From NCBI GenBank assembly GCA_945862535.1, contig CAMAYG010000001.1, forward strand, positions 18,731 to 82,730: a stretch of DNA of 64,000 nucleotides. The letters are read 5' to 3'. A program made the position numbers and the translations under genes. Origin of the DNA: Rickettsia typhi (GTDB lineage Bacteria > Pseudomonadota > Alphaproteobacteria > Rickettsiales > UBA1997). Below, one piece after another: positions 35,970 through 44,443 of this stretch. Position 1 is the stretch's first letter. Each line of letters opens with the position of its first letter. A model generated the notes under the pieces. It ran no database searches, was not told the DNA's origin, and saw only the letters and a list, made by a program, of their open reading frames with translations.

Positions 35970-36890
35970 ATGAAAGATATATCACTTATAAAAAAATTAA
36001 GGGAAACTACTGGTTGTGGTATCGGAGACTGCAATAAGGCAATTAAGGAAAACAATGGCGATTTTGAAAAAGCTATAGACTGGCTAAGGAAAAAAGGCTT
36101 ATCCTCTGCTGCTAAAAAAACTGGAAGAATTGCTGCAGAAGGGCTGGTTGCTATAAATACAGCAGATAACTATGGCTACATTATAGAAATAAATTCCGAA
36201 ACCGATTTCGTTAGCAAAAACTCAGACTTTCAAAACTTGGTGCTAAATATTATAAAAAATGCCTCTGATAGTAAAGTTGATAGCATTGACAATCTTCAAA
36301 ATCTAACATTGGCAGACGGCAAGAAAACAAATGAAGAAATAGCAGAAAAAATTGGAATAATAGGTGAAAACATCGTATTAAGAAGATTCTCCAGGATTGA
36401 AACACCGAAAGGTGTCGTTGCTGGATACGTTCATAATGCAATATCTTCGAATATGGGTAAAATTGGAGTTTTGGTTGCACTTGAAACCAATGCAAATGAT
36501 AATTTATCTATGGAGCTAGGAAAAAAAATAGCGATGCATATTGCGGCTGCTAAACCAGAATTTTTATCTATAGAAACCGTTAACAAAGATAAATTAATTC
36601 GTGAAATAGAAATTCTTAAAGAACAATCAAAAACCTCTGGTAAGCCAGATTCTATAATTGAAAAAATGGTTGAAGGGAGAATTAGAAAATTTTACGAAGA
36701 AGTTGTTTTGCTGGAACAGTCTTTTGTAATGGACGACACTGTAAAGGTCAAAGATCTACTTACCCAGTTTAAAAAAGATAACAACGAGGATGTTAAGATA
36801 AAAGCTTTTGAGATGTTTATCTTAGGAGACGGCATAGAGAAAAAAGAAAATAATTTTGCAGAAGAAGTTGCTTCAATGACCAAAATATAG
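35970..36890 (+). CDS. tsf: Elongation factor Ts
   Basis: 306 aa. Motifs LR..TG.G...C.KA......D...A...LRKKG...A.KK..R.AAEG and E.N.ETDFV, immediately downstream of rpsB. Confidence 0.95.
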   Translation: MKDISLIKKLRETTGCGIGDCNKAIKENNGDFEKAIDWLRKKGLSSAAKKTGRIAAEGLVAINTADNYGYIIEINSETDFVSKNSDFQNLVLNIIKNASDSKVDSIDNLQNLTLADGKKTNEEIAEKIGIIGENIVLRRFSRIETPKGVVAGYVHNAISSNMGKIGVLVALETNANDNLSMELGKKIAMHIAAAKPEFLSIETVNKDKLIREIEILKEQSKTSGKPDSIIEKMVEGRIRKFYEEVVLLEQSFVMDDTVKVKDLLTQFKKDNNEDVKIKAFEMFILGDGIEKKENNFAEEVASMTKI

Positions 36891-36900
36891 CAAAATTAGT

Positions 36901-36923
36901 GCAAAAATTTTTATTTTTGCTTT
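36901..36923 (+). terminator. Weak intrinsic-terminator-like hairpin after tsf
   Basis: gcaaaaa (36901-36907), loop ttttta, tttttgc (36914-36920), followed by ttt. It starts 11 nt after the tsf stop. The stem is only 7 bp and mostly A-U. Confidence 0.35.
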
Positions 36924-36935
36924 ACTGCTCTACAC

Positions 36936-38663
36936 ATGCTTTCATTAACGATATCAAAAGAATCAAAGTTCGCTAGGTTGGTAAAAAAAAATGAATTGAT
37001 GCTAATTACCATTCTTGGCCTATTAGCATCGTTTTCATTTGCTCCTTACGATATATTTTTACTATTCTCATTATCAATATCTGGTTTATTCTTAATCTTA
37101 GAGAAAAATAATAAAAACACTACATTAGATAATATTTTATCCCATTCCAAAATAACCTTTTTTTACGGATTTGGTTTCTTTTTGGGAAATATTTACTGGA
37201 TATCTGTGCCTCTTTTTAACAACCTGTTTCAATTTGGCTGGTTAATTCCACTATCATTAACACTAGCACCATCTATATACTCAATTTTTTTCTTAATATT
37301 TGGTGCATTATATGGTTTTTTAAAATCTATTACAAATAAAAAATATAGCAAAAATCACTCAAATCCTCAGCTTAAATTCATACTAGTAATATTATTTATA
37401 TTTTCTGCAATATTTTCAGAATTTTTAAGATCTAACGTTGCTCAAGGATTTCCATGGACATTATTTGGCTATATAGCCATTCCTAGTATTGAAATATCGC
37501 AAATTGCATCATTAGGAGGAATATACTTATTATCATTAGTGGTGTTGATTTTTTCAATTTTACCAATAATGTTAATAAAAGTAAAAAACTTCAAAACAAA
37601 AATAACTCTATCGCTAGATAATTCTTTAATAAGCAAGGTTTTTCTTGGTTTCGTTGCCGTTATTTTCCTTGCAAGCTATCACTTTGGTAAAAAAAATATA
37701 GAAAAATTTGACAAAAAGCTATCGCTAAATAAGGAAAATTCTAGTAATTTTATTAAATTAAGACTAATTCAGGGCAATATTAATAATAAAAATAACCTCA
37801 ATAGCGATGCCGAAAACTTTATTCGCCACATAGAATATAGTCAAAATTCTCAAGACTTCGATGCTGTAATCTGGTCTGAAACATCTATGCCATATCTATT
37901 CTTAAAAAACGATAAAAATTTAAATAATTCCTTTTTATCAAAATTACAAAGCATAATTCCAAAAGAGGGAGTCTTAATCTTCGGGGCCGTTACTGGGGAA
38001 GTTGATGAAAATAAAGATTTGATAAAAATATGGAACAGCGTAGTGCAATTAGACAAAAACCTTGAAACTAAAATTTACGACAAAAAGCACCTCGTTCCAT
38101 TTGGAGAATTCGTCCCATTTAAAAGTCATCTTCCATTTGTAAAAAAAATTACCAGAGGATCTGTTGATTTTTCTTTAGGGAAGGGTGAAAATATTATTCA
38201 AAATAATAAATTCATCTTTAGACCCGCTATTTGCTACGAATCAATATTTTTCTATGATATATTGAGTAATAAAGAAGAGTATTCTTTAACAGATTTAATT
38301 GTTGTACTAACCAATGATTCTTGGTTTGGAGATACTAGCGCACCTTATCAACACCTTTCCATGGCTAGATTAAGAGCAATAGAGCACAACAAGCCTATTG
38401 CTAGGGTTGCCAATACTGGCATTACCGCTCATATAGACAGTGTAGGGAGGGTTATCAAAAGAACAAAGTTAAACACTTCAGCAATATTAGATATAGAAAT
38501 ATTAAAAACTCCAGATATTACCTTTTATCAAAGATATCAAAATATTGTTCTACCTATTATTCTTAGTACATTGCTAATGCTAGCTCTTATGATATTTTAT
38601 TTTGATCTATTAACTTCTGCTTCTTTTAGAATAAGAAAGTTTTTTAGTATTAATAAGTTTTAA
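36936..38663 (+). CDS. lnt: Apolipoprotein N-acyltransferase Lnt
   Basis: 575 aa with N-terminal polytopic TM helices (GFPW motif). The C-terminal nitrilase-like domain has WSE (catalytic Glu context), KKHLVPFGE(F/Y)VP, ICYES.F and a final TM helix. Confidence 0.88.
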   Translation: MLSLTISKESKFARLVKKNELMLITILGLLASFSFAPYDIFLLFSLSISGLFLILEKNNKNTTLDNILSHSKITFFYGFGFFLGNIYWISVPLFNNLFQFGWLIPLSLTLAPSIYSIFFLIFGALYGFLKSITNKKYSKNHSNPQLKFILVILFIFSAIFSEFLRSNVAQGFPWTLFGYIAIPSIEISQIASLGGIYLLSLVVLIFSILPIMLIKVKNFKTKITLSLDNSLISKVFLGFVAVIFLASYHFGKKNIEKFDKKLSLNKENSSNFIKLRLIQGNINNKNNLNSDAENFIRHIEYSQNSQDFDAVIWSETSMPYLFLKNDKNLNNSFLSKLQSIIPKEGVLIFGAVTGEVDENKDLIKIWNSVVQLDKNLETKIYDKKHLVPFGEFVPFKSHLPFVKKITRGSVDFSLGKGENIIQNNKFIFRPAICYESIFFYDILSNKEEYSLTDLIVVLTNDSWFGDTSAPYQHLSMARLRAIEHNKPIARVANTGITAHIDSVGRVIKRTKLNTSAILDIEILKTPDITFYQRYQNIVLPIILSTLLMLALMIFYFDLLTSASFRIRKFFSINKF

Positions 38664-38672
38664 ATTAAATTT

Positions 38673-39308
38673 ATGATTGGAAAAATTAAAGGTTTTATAG
38701 ATGAAATTTTTGAAGATAGGGTGATTATTGATTTAAATGGGCTAGGGTTGGAAATATTTTGCTCATCTTACACCTTAAATCATCTTTCTAAGCAAAAATT
38801 AGACAATCAAAAAGTCTCTCTCATTATTCAGACTATCGTCAAAGAGAGTGTTATAGAGCTATATGGCTTCCTTAATAGTATAGAAAAATTATGGTTTATA
38901 GAGCTTAATAAGGTTCAGGGAGTTGGGGCAAAGGTTGCATTAAAAATACTAGGAAACTTTTCAATTTCTTCAATTTATAAAGCTTTACAAAGTCAAGAAA
39001 AAGATTTCTTTCTTCAAATTCCAGGAATTGGTCCGAAAATTGCAAACAGAATAATTATAGAACTAAAAGATAGCTATAAAAAAATCCCAGCCGAGGAATT
39101 TGCAAATTATAAAACATTCGAAAAAGAAGAAAAAAACTCCAACTCCTCAGTTATTAATGATGCGATATCTGCCCTAGAAAATTTGGGATACAAAAAGCAA
39201 GATGTAGCAAACATAGTAAAACAATACTACGAAAGTAAGGAGCAAGTAACTTTAGAAGGTTTAATCACCGAGAGTCTACGTATTTTAGCTAAAAACAAGT
39301 TTATATAA
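38673..39308 (+). CDS. ruvA: Holliday junction branch migration complex subunit RuvA
   Basis: 211 aa. MIGKIKG start, (L/F)YGF....E...F..L..V.GVG.K.AL.IL and IPGIG.K.A.RI..ELKD. Confidence 0.9.
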   Translation: MIGKIKGFIDEIFEDRVIIDLNGLGLEIFCSSYTLNHLSKQKLDNQKVSLIIQTIVKESVIELYGFLNSIEKLWFIELNKVQGVGAKVALKILGNFSISSIYKALQSQEKDFFLQIPGIGPKIANRIIIELKDSYKKIPAEEFANYKTFEKEEKNSNSSVINDAISALENLGYKKQDVANIVKQYYESKEQVTLEGLITESLRILAKNKFI

Positions 39309-40300
39309 TGTCACAGAGTTCGTTTTTAAAATCAGAGAGAATGGATGATGATTCTCAGGAGCTTAACCTAAGACCAAGTTTTTTACACGATTTTCTTGGT
39401 CAGGAAAAGTTAAAAGAAAATCTACAAATATTTATTAATTCTGCAAAAACAAGAAAAGTAAATCTAGATCATACAATATTTTATGGTCCACCAGGCTTAG
39501 GAAAAACAACACTAGCTCAGATTATTGCATCAGAAATGGGTGTAAATTTTAAATCAACAAGTGCTCCGATTATTACAAAAATAGGAGATCTTGCTGCTTT
39601 ATTAACCAATTTACAAGAGGGAGATGTTTTATTTATTGACGAGATTCATCGCCTTAATAAAAATATAGAAGAGATTCTATATAGCGCTATGGAGGATTTT
39701 AAACTAGATATAATGATAGGAGAGGGAGCTTCTGCTAGAGCAATAAAAATAGATCTCCCTCCTTTTACATTAGTTGGCGCAACAACTAGAGTTGGTCTTG
39801 TCGCTGGTCCATTGAGAGATCGTTTTGGCATACCTATTAGAATTAATTTTTACTCTCCAGATGAGTTGCAAAAAATCATCCTAAGAGATTCTGTTATATT
39901 AAAAATTGATATTGATGATCTTGCGGCTGGCGAGATTGCAAATAGATCCCGTGGAACCCCAAGAATTGCAATAAGACTCCTTAAAAGAGTAAGGGATTTT
40001 GCTATAAATCAAAGTAAAAATTTTATAACATTAGATGTTGTAAATTTTGCACTTCATAAATTAGAAATAGATTCGATTGGTCTAGATTCCGCAGATCTTA
40101 GATATCTAAACTTTATTATCCAAAACTATAGGGGTGGTCCGGTTGGAATAGATACTATATCTTCTGGAATAGGAGAGGAGAGGGATTCTGTTGAGGACAC
40201 GATAGAATGCTACCTGATTCAAATTGCTTTTATTGAAAAAACTCCAAGGGGTAGGGTTGTTACGAGTAGAGCAATTTCCCATGTATCTAAAAGCTTCTAG
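39308..40300 (+). CDS. ruvB: Holliday junction branch migration DNA helicase RuvB
   Basis: 330 aa. Motifs LRP..L.DF.GQ, Walker [12 protein letters not shown], Walker [19 protein letters not shown] and RGTPRIA.RLL.RVRD. The start overlaps the ruvA stop (TAATG). Confidence 0.96.
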   Translation: MSQSSFLKSERMDDDSQELNLRPSFLHDFLGQEKLKENLQIFINSAKTRKVNLDHTIFYGPPGLGKTTLAQIIASEMGVNFKSTSAPIITKIGDLAALLTNLQEGDVLFIDEIHRLNKNIEEILYSAMEDFKLDIMIGEGASARAIKIDLPPFTLVGATTRVGLVAGPLRDRFGIPIRINFYSPDELQKIILRDSVILKIDIDDLAAGEIANRSRGTPRIAIRLLKRVRDFAINQSKNFITLDVVNFALHKLEIDSIGLDSADLRYLNFIIQNYRGGPVGIDTISSGIGEERDSVEDTIECYLIQIAFIEKTPRGRVVTSRAISHVSKSF

Positions 40301-40313
40301 GTAAATCAAGGTT

Positions 40314-41825
40314 ATGCTTCGCATAAAAGACACCTATTTTTTGATTTTTTTTCTATCTTTTGCAATTTTTGTATCTTTTTCTCAATGTTTTGCATCTATA
40401 AAAATAATTAGAGATATAGAAGTTGAAAGTGTTATTTATAAAATAGCCCAGCCTTTACTTGAAGCCGCCAAAATAAACAAAGAAGTTCAAATATTTATCG
40501 TGGCAGATTCAGAGGTGAATGCTTTTGTTACCGACGGGGAAAAAATATTTATTAACAGCGGATTAATTCAAAAGTTTCCGGACTTTGAATTGATTTCTGG
40601 TGTTATAGCCCATGAAATAGGACATATAAAATCTGGGCATCTGACACAAAGCTACGAAAACAATAAAAATATCAACAATATCGCTCTTTACAGCTACCTT
40701 CTTGGACTTGGAGCATTAATAAGTGGCTCTAGCGATGCAGGTCAGGCAATAATATCATCTGGTATAAATTTTGCTACCAGTAACTACTTAAAATATACCA
40801 GATCTCAAGAAGAATCTGCTGACAGCATAGCTATTGACCTACTTTCATGCAATAATATAGATAAAAAAGGATTACTAATGTTGCTAGATTATTTTAGAAA
40901 ACAAACAACCTCTCAAGAGCAGTATCGTTATCAGTATCAAAATTCTCATCCAATTAGCATTAAAAGAATAGAATTTATAAAACATAAAAACAAAGTAAAT
41001 TTTCATGACAATTCAGCAAAAAACAGTAATCAAGATATGAATTTTTTGCTAAAAATGGCATCTTCTAAGTTGGAAGCTTTTAGCTTCAACAGCCAAATGA
41101 TTGAACATCTTGATTTATCTGGAGGCTATTTGGTTAGCAATCAAGAAGAATTGCCGAGAAAAGAAGCGATACCTAAAGAGTACAAAGAGTCTATAATGCT
41201 TTATCGAATTGGCAGGATAGAAGAATCGTTAAATAAACTAGAATTAATAAAAAAAACACTATCTAGTAATAAATTTTTTATTGATGAGTTAATTGGTCAA
41301 ATATTTTTTGAAAGTGGTAATTTTATTGAAGCAAAAAAATATTACAACCTAGCTTTAAATGGCTTTAAAGCTAGCGAATTCTCAAAAATCGCACCTAGTT
41401 TAGAACTTTTACTTAACATTGAAAATGCTAACAACAATATAAAAATCATACAAAGCGAAGATGTGATGGGTGATAGTTTTATAAAAAAACTTGTGGATGA
41501 AAATATATCATCTCTAAATGGAATAAAAGTTACAAAAAAACACATGGAAGATCTTGGGGCTGAGCCATTTAAAACACTTGCCCTAAGTTATTATTATAAA
41601 AAAGATTTAAACAATTACTTCTTCTACCTTGCTTATTATTTTTTTAATAAAGAAAATTATAAAGTTGCAAAGTATAATTTTTTACAAGCAAAAAAATTTA
41701 TAAAGAAGGACTTGGATAAAATCAAGGCAGAATCTAACGATGCTTTAGAGCTTTTGCAACAAAAACTTGATTTAGTAAATTACCTTCTTCTGGAAATTAA
41801 AAGTATAGAGAAAAATTTGCAATAA
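40314..41825 (+). CDS. M48-family zinc metalloprotease with TPR-like C-terminal region (BepA/YfgC-like), signal peptide
   Basis: 503 aa. Hydrophobic N-terminus, zinc motif GVIAHEIGHIKSGH, downstream E..AD, and a C-terminal helical repeat region. Confidence 0.8.
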   Translation: MLRIKDTYFLIFFLSFAIFVSFSQCFASIKIIRDIEVESVIYKIAQPLLEAAKINKEVQIFIVADSEVNAFVTDGEKIFINSGLIQKFPDFELISGVIAHEIGHIKSGHLTQSYENNKNINNIALYSYLLGLGALISGSSDAGQAIISSGINFATSNYLKYTRSQEESADSIAIDLLSCNNIDKKGLLMLLDYFRKQTTSQEQYRYQYQNSHPISIKRIEFIKHKNKVNFHDNSAKNSNQDMNFLLKMASSKLEAFSFNSQMIEHLDLSGGYLVSNQEELPRKEAIPKEYKESIMLYRIGRIEESLNKLELIKKTLSSNKFFIDELIGQIFFESGNFIEAKKYYNLALNGFKASEFSKIAPSLELLLNIENANNNIKIIQSEDVMGDSFIKKLVDENISSLNGIKVTKKHMEDLGAEPFKTLALSYYYKKDLNNYFFYLAYYFFNKENYKVAKYNFLQAKKFIKKDLDKIKAESNDALELLQQKLDLVNYLLLEIKSIEKNLQ

Positions 41826-41878
41826 TCAGATAGCAAGATTAGCAAACTTATAGCAAAATAAAAATAAAAAACTAACAA

Positions 41879-42580
41879 ATGAAAAAAAAACTTTTAGCAA
41901 TTTTTCTTGTGTCATTTTTAAGTGTAGAATGTTATTACAATCTGCCTTTTGCCAATACTTTAACAACAAAACCCATAACAACACCTAAGAACAATGTTCA
42001 AAATGAAATTAATACCATAAACTCAATACATGGAAGCGGCTCTTCTTATGAGTTATTTGGCATAACGCAATTAATGACCGCCGCTCAATATAACGATCTT
42101 GAAACTATAAAATTTATACTAAAAACAAACATTTCTTCAATTGATCAGAGAAATTTAGGGGGTTCAACGGCACTGCACATTGCTTGTCGGCAACAAAATT
42201 ATGATTCAGTCCTGCTTTTACTGCAAAATAATGCAAATGTTAATATTGTAGATAGCGAAGGATGGACTCCTTTGATGAGAGCTGCAAACAGCGGAAATTT
42301 AAAGATAATTTCTCTTCTTTTGCTTAAGGGTGCATATACCTATATTCTAAACAAAGACAATGAAACAGTGATAATTCAGGCAGTGAGAGCAAATTGTGAT
42401 AAATGTATCAAGCTAATTACCAAGAGTGACGATAATTTATTATTATTAAAAAATATTAAGAAATTAGAATTAAAGTTAATTCAGGATATTGCTTTTCGAT
42501 ATCGTAATAAGAAATTACAATCCGCAATAGATATTATTATAAAAAATAAGCAAATAATTACTAACGAAACAATAAATTAA
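41879..42580 (+). CDS. Ankyrin-repeat protein with N-terminal signal peptide
   Basis: 233 aa. MKKKLLAIFLVSFLSVE.. is a signal-like N-terminus. There are at least 3 ANK units (G.TALHIACRQQNYDSVLLLLQNNANVN..D.EGWTPLMRAANSGNLKIISLLLLKGA). Confidence 0.85.
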   Translation: MKKKLLAIFLVSFLSVECYYNLPFANTLTTKPITTPKNNVQNEINTINSIHGSGSSYELFGITQLMTAAQYNDLETIKFILKTNISSIDQRNLGGSTALHIACRQQNYDSVLLLLQNNANVNIVDSEGWTPLMRAANSGNLKIISLLLLKGAYTYILNKDNETVIIQAVRANCDKCIKLITKSDDNLLLLKNIKKLELKLIQDIAFRYRNKKLQSAIDIIIKNKQIITNETIN

Positions 42581-42720
42581 AGATACATAAATCGCCAAAG
42601 ACAAAAATAAAATTACAAAAAACTATTTCAATTAAGAACTAAGTAATTGATTATTAAATATTTAACTATAATGTAGATTAATATTTTGTAATATTATAAA
42701 AATTATAAGTAAATTAAAAC

Positions 42721-42915
42721 ATGAAAAAAATACATAAAGATATTATTGAAATATCTTCCAATATCATCACAACGACATCCTTTATCAAAAAAGAAATCGC
42801 TAAAAACCATTCAAGCCAAATGCATCAAGCAGAAAACATGCCTAATCATAAAATTAGATCAGAAGATGCAGAGATGCTAAAAAGCAATTTAGTAAAAATA
42901 GCCATCGCTTTGTAA
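42721..42915 (+). CDS. Small hypothetical ORF (64 aa), doubtful
   Basis: The only ORF in a 462-bp spacer. No recognisable motif, no TM helix or signal peptide, and no RBS, although RBS are generally absent here. Confidence 0.2.
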   Translation: MKKIHKDIIEISSNIITTTSFIKKEIAKNHSSQMHQAENMPNHKIRSEDAEMLKSNLVKIAIAL

Positions 42916-43042
42916 ATTCAATTCCAACCAATTCCAAATAAACATATTTGTCGAATCATTATTTAAATAATCAAATAATGATGATTATGTTAAATTGATA
43001 ATAGATTAGAAAAATTATGTATAAATTTTTGTTATTAATTTT

Positions 43043-43783
43043 TTAAATATCATTAGCTAAAAAAAGAGACTCACTCTCCACAAAATTCATTCTTTCTATT
43101 ATTTGTTGCTTAATCTTGTCTTCTATATCTGGAGTTATTTGGCTATCGATATCAAAAAATTTTTCATCGCAATAAAATATTATTTTTGAAAATGGTAACG
43201 GAATAAAGAATTTATCCCAAGTTTTTCTAAGAACAATATTTCGCGAAGAACTATAAGAGATCGCGACAATCCTAGCATTAGTCATTTTTGCGATACTTAT
43301 AATTTCTCCATTTATTTTTTTTGCTGGACCTATTGGACCGTCTGGCGTTATTCCAAATATAACTTTATTACTTAAGTTAGATAAAATCGCACGCACTCCA
43401 CTAATTTCAATACCTTTTTTAGAATTAGATCTAGAGCGTCTTGTGGAGCCATTAATTGTAATAAATTTAAATTTATTCATTACTTTACCAACAAATGCCC
43501 CGTCTCCATGCCTCGAACTTAGAGTCATGAATTTAAGGGATGGATAGCGTTTTCTGAGTTTTCTAGGCATAAAAGGAATCATCATTAACCTATTATGCCA
43601 AAACAATGCTATTATAGGCCTACCATCACTTCTTTCGATAAAACGATACAGATTCACAAACTCTCTCTTTGAGGTCTTGTATACAATAAACATGTAGCAA
43701 ATTATAATATTAGCAATAAATGATTGAAATATTTTGCTGTAAGAAATTTTTCTTAGTATTAATTTTAAATTTACTCGATACAT
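43043..43783 (-). CDS. DUF374-domain lysophospholipid acyltransferase-family protein
   Basis: 246 aa with an N-terminal TM helix. WHNR....P, S.S.DG.....V......I.GS...........G.....L and PDGP.GP are characteristic of DUF374. Confidence 0.8.
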   Translation of the reverse strand: MYRVNLKLILRKISYSKIFQSFIANIIICYMFIVYKTSKREFVNLYRFIERSDGRPIIALFWHNRLMMIPFMPRKLRKRYPSLKFMTLSSRHGDGAFVGKVMNKFKFITINGSTRRSRSNSKKGIEISGVRAILSNLSNKVIFGITPDGPIGPAKKINGEIISIAKMTNARIVAISYSSSRNIVLRKTWDKFFIPLPFSKIIFYCDEKFFDIDSQITPDIEDKIKQQIIERMNFVESESLFLANDI

Positions 43784-43785
43784 TT

Positions 43786-44412
43786 TTAAGATTGCGGATC
43801 AATCCAAGAAATATTTCCATCATGACGATAATAGATAAAATTTACTCTTTTGGTATCTTGATTAATAAAAGCTAAAGCTGGAAGATTCTGTAAATCCATC
43901 TTCATTATCGCATCTTCAACTCTTAATTCTTCTATCGATGTTGTTTTTTCATTAATGATATTTAGCGAAGAATTTGATTTTATAAAATCTTCCGATTCTT
44001 GCGATTCGAATTCTTTAAATATATCGTAGTTTGAAGGTAAGTTAACAACGTATTTCTGAGCATTAATAGGAATATTAACATCGTCAAAATTCTGCTCTTT
44101 ACCCGTGTGATGATAGTTTTTTATTCTCTCTTTATGCTTTTTTAATTGTCGAGATAGTTTTTCTAGCGCCTCATTTACTGCGGAAAATATATCTCCGGCC
44201 TCGGATTTTCCCACTGCCACTAGATGCTTACTTCTAACACCTTCGTTAACTATGACAGAGGCATTAAATAAGTGAAGGGTTTTGCCAATTCTTATATCGG
44301 CACTAATTGCATCTTTGAAATATTTACTTACTAGTTTTGATATGGCTTCTTCAGCATATGATTTAATTTCTTTAGCAAGCTCGATGTTTGTTCCGATAAT
44401 TTTTATATCCAT
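43786..44412 (-). CDS. hpf: Ribosome hibernation promoting factor, long form
   Basis: 208 aa. N-terminal S30AE/YfiA fold (M.I.I.G.NIEL...I..Y.E....KL) and a C-terminal dimerisation domain (E.A...MDL....F..F.N.....V...YRR.DGN...I.P). Confidence 0.85.
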   Translation of the reverse strand: MDIKIIGTNIELAKEIKSYAEEAISKLVSKYFKDAISADIRIGKTLHLFNASVIVNEGVRSKHLVAVGKSEAGDIFSAVNEALEKLSRQLKKHKERIKNYHHTGKEQNFDDVNIPINAQKYVVNLPSNYDIFKEFESQESEDFIKSNSSLNIINEKTTSIEELRVEDAIMKMDLQNLPALAFINQDTKRVNFIYYRHDGNISWIDPQS

Positions 44413-44443
44413 GTTTAGTTGTCTTTTGGTTATTAATGGTTAT

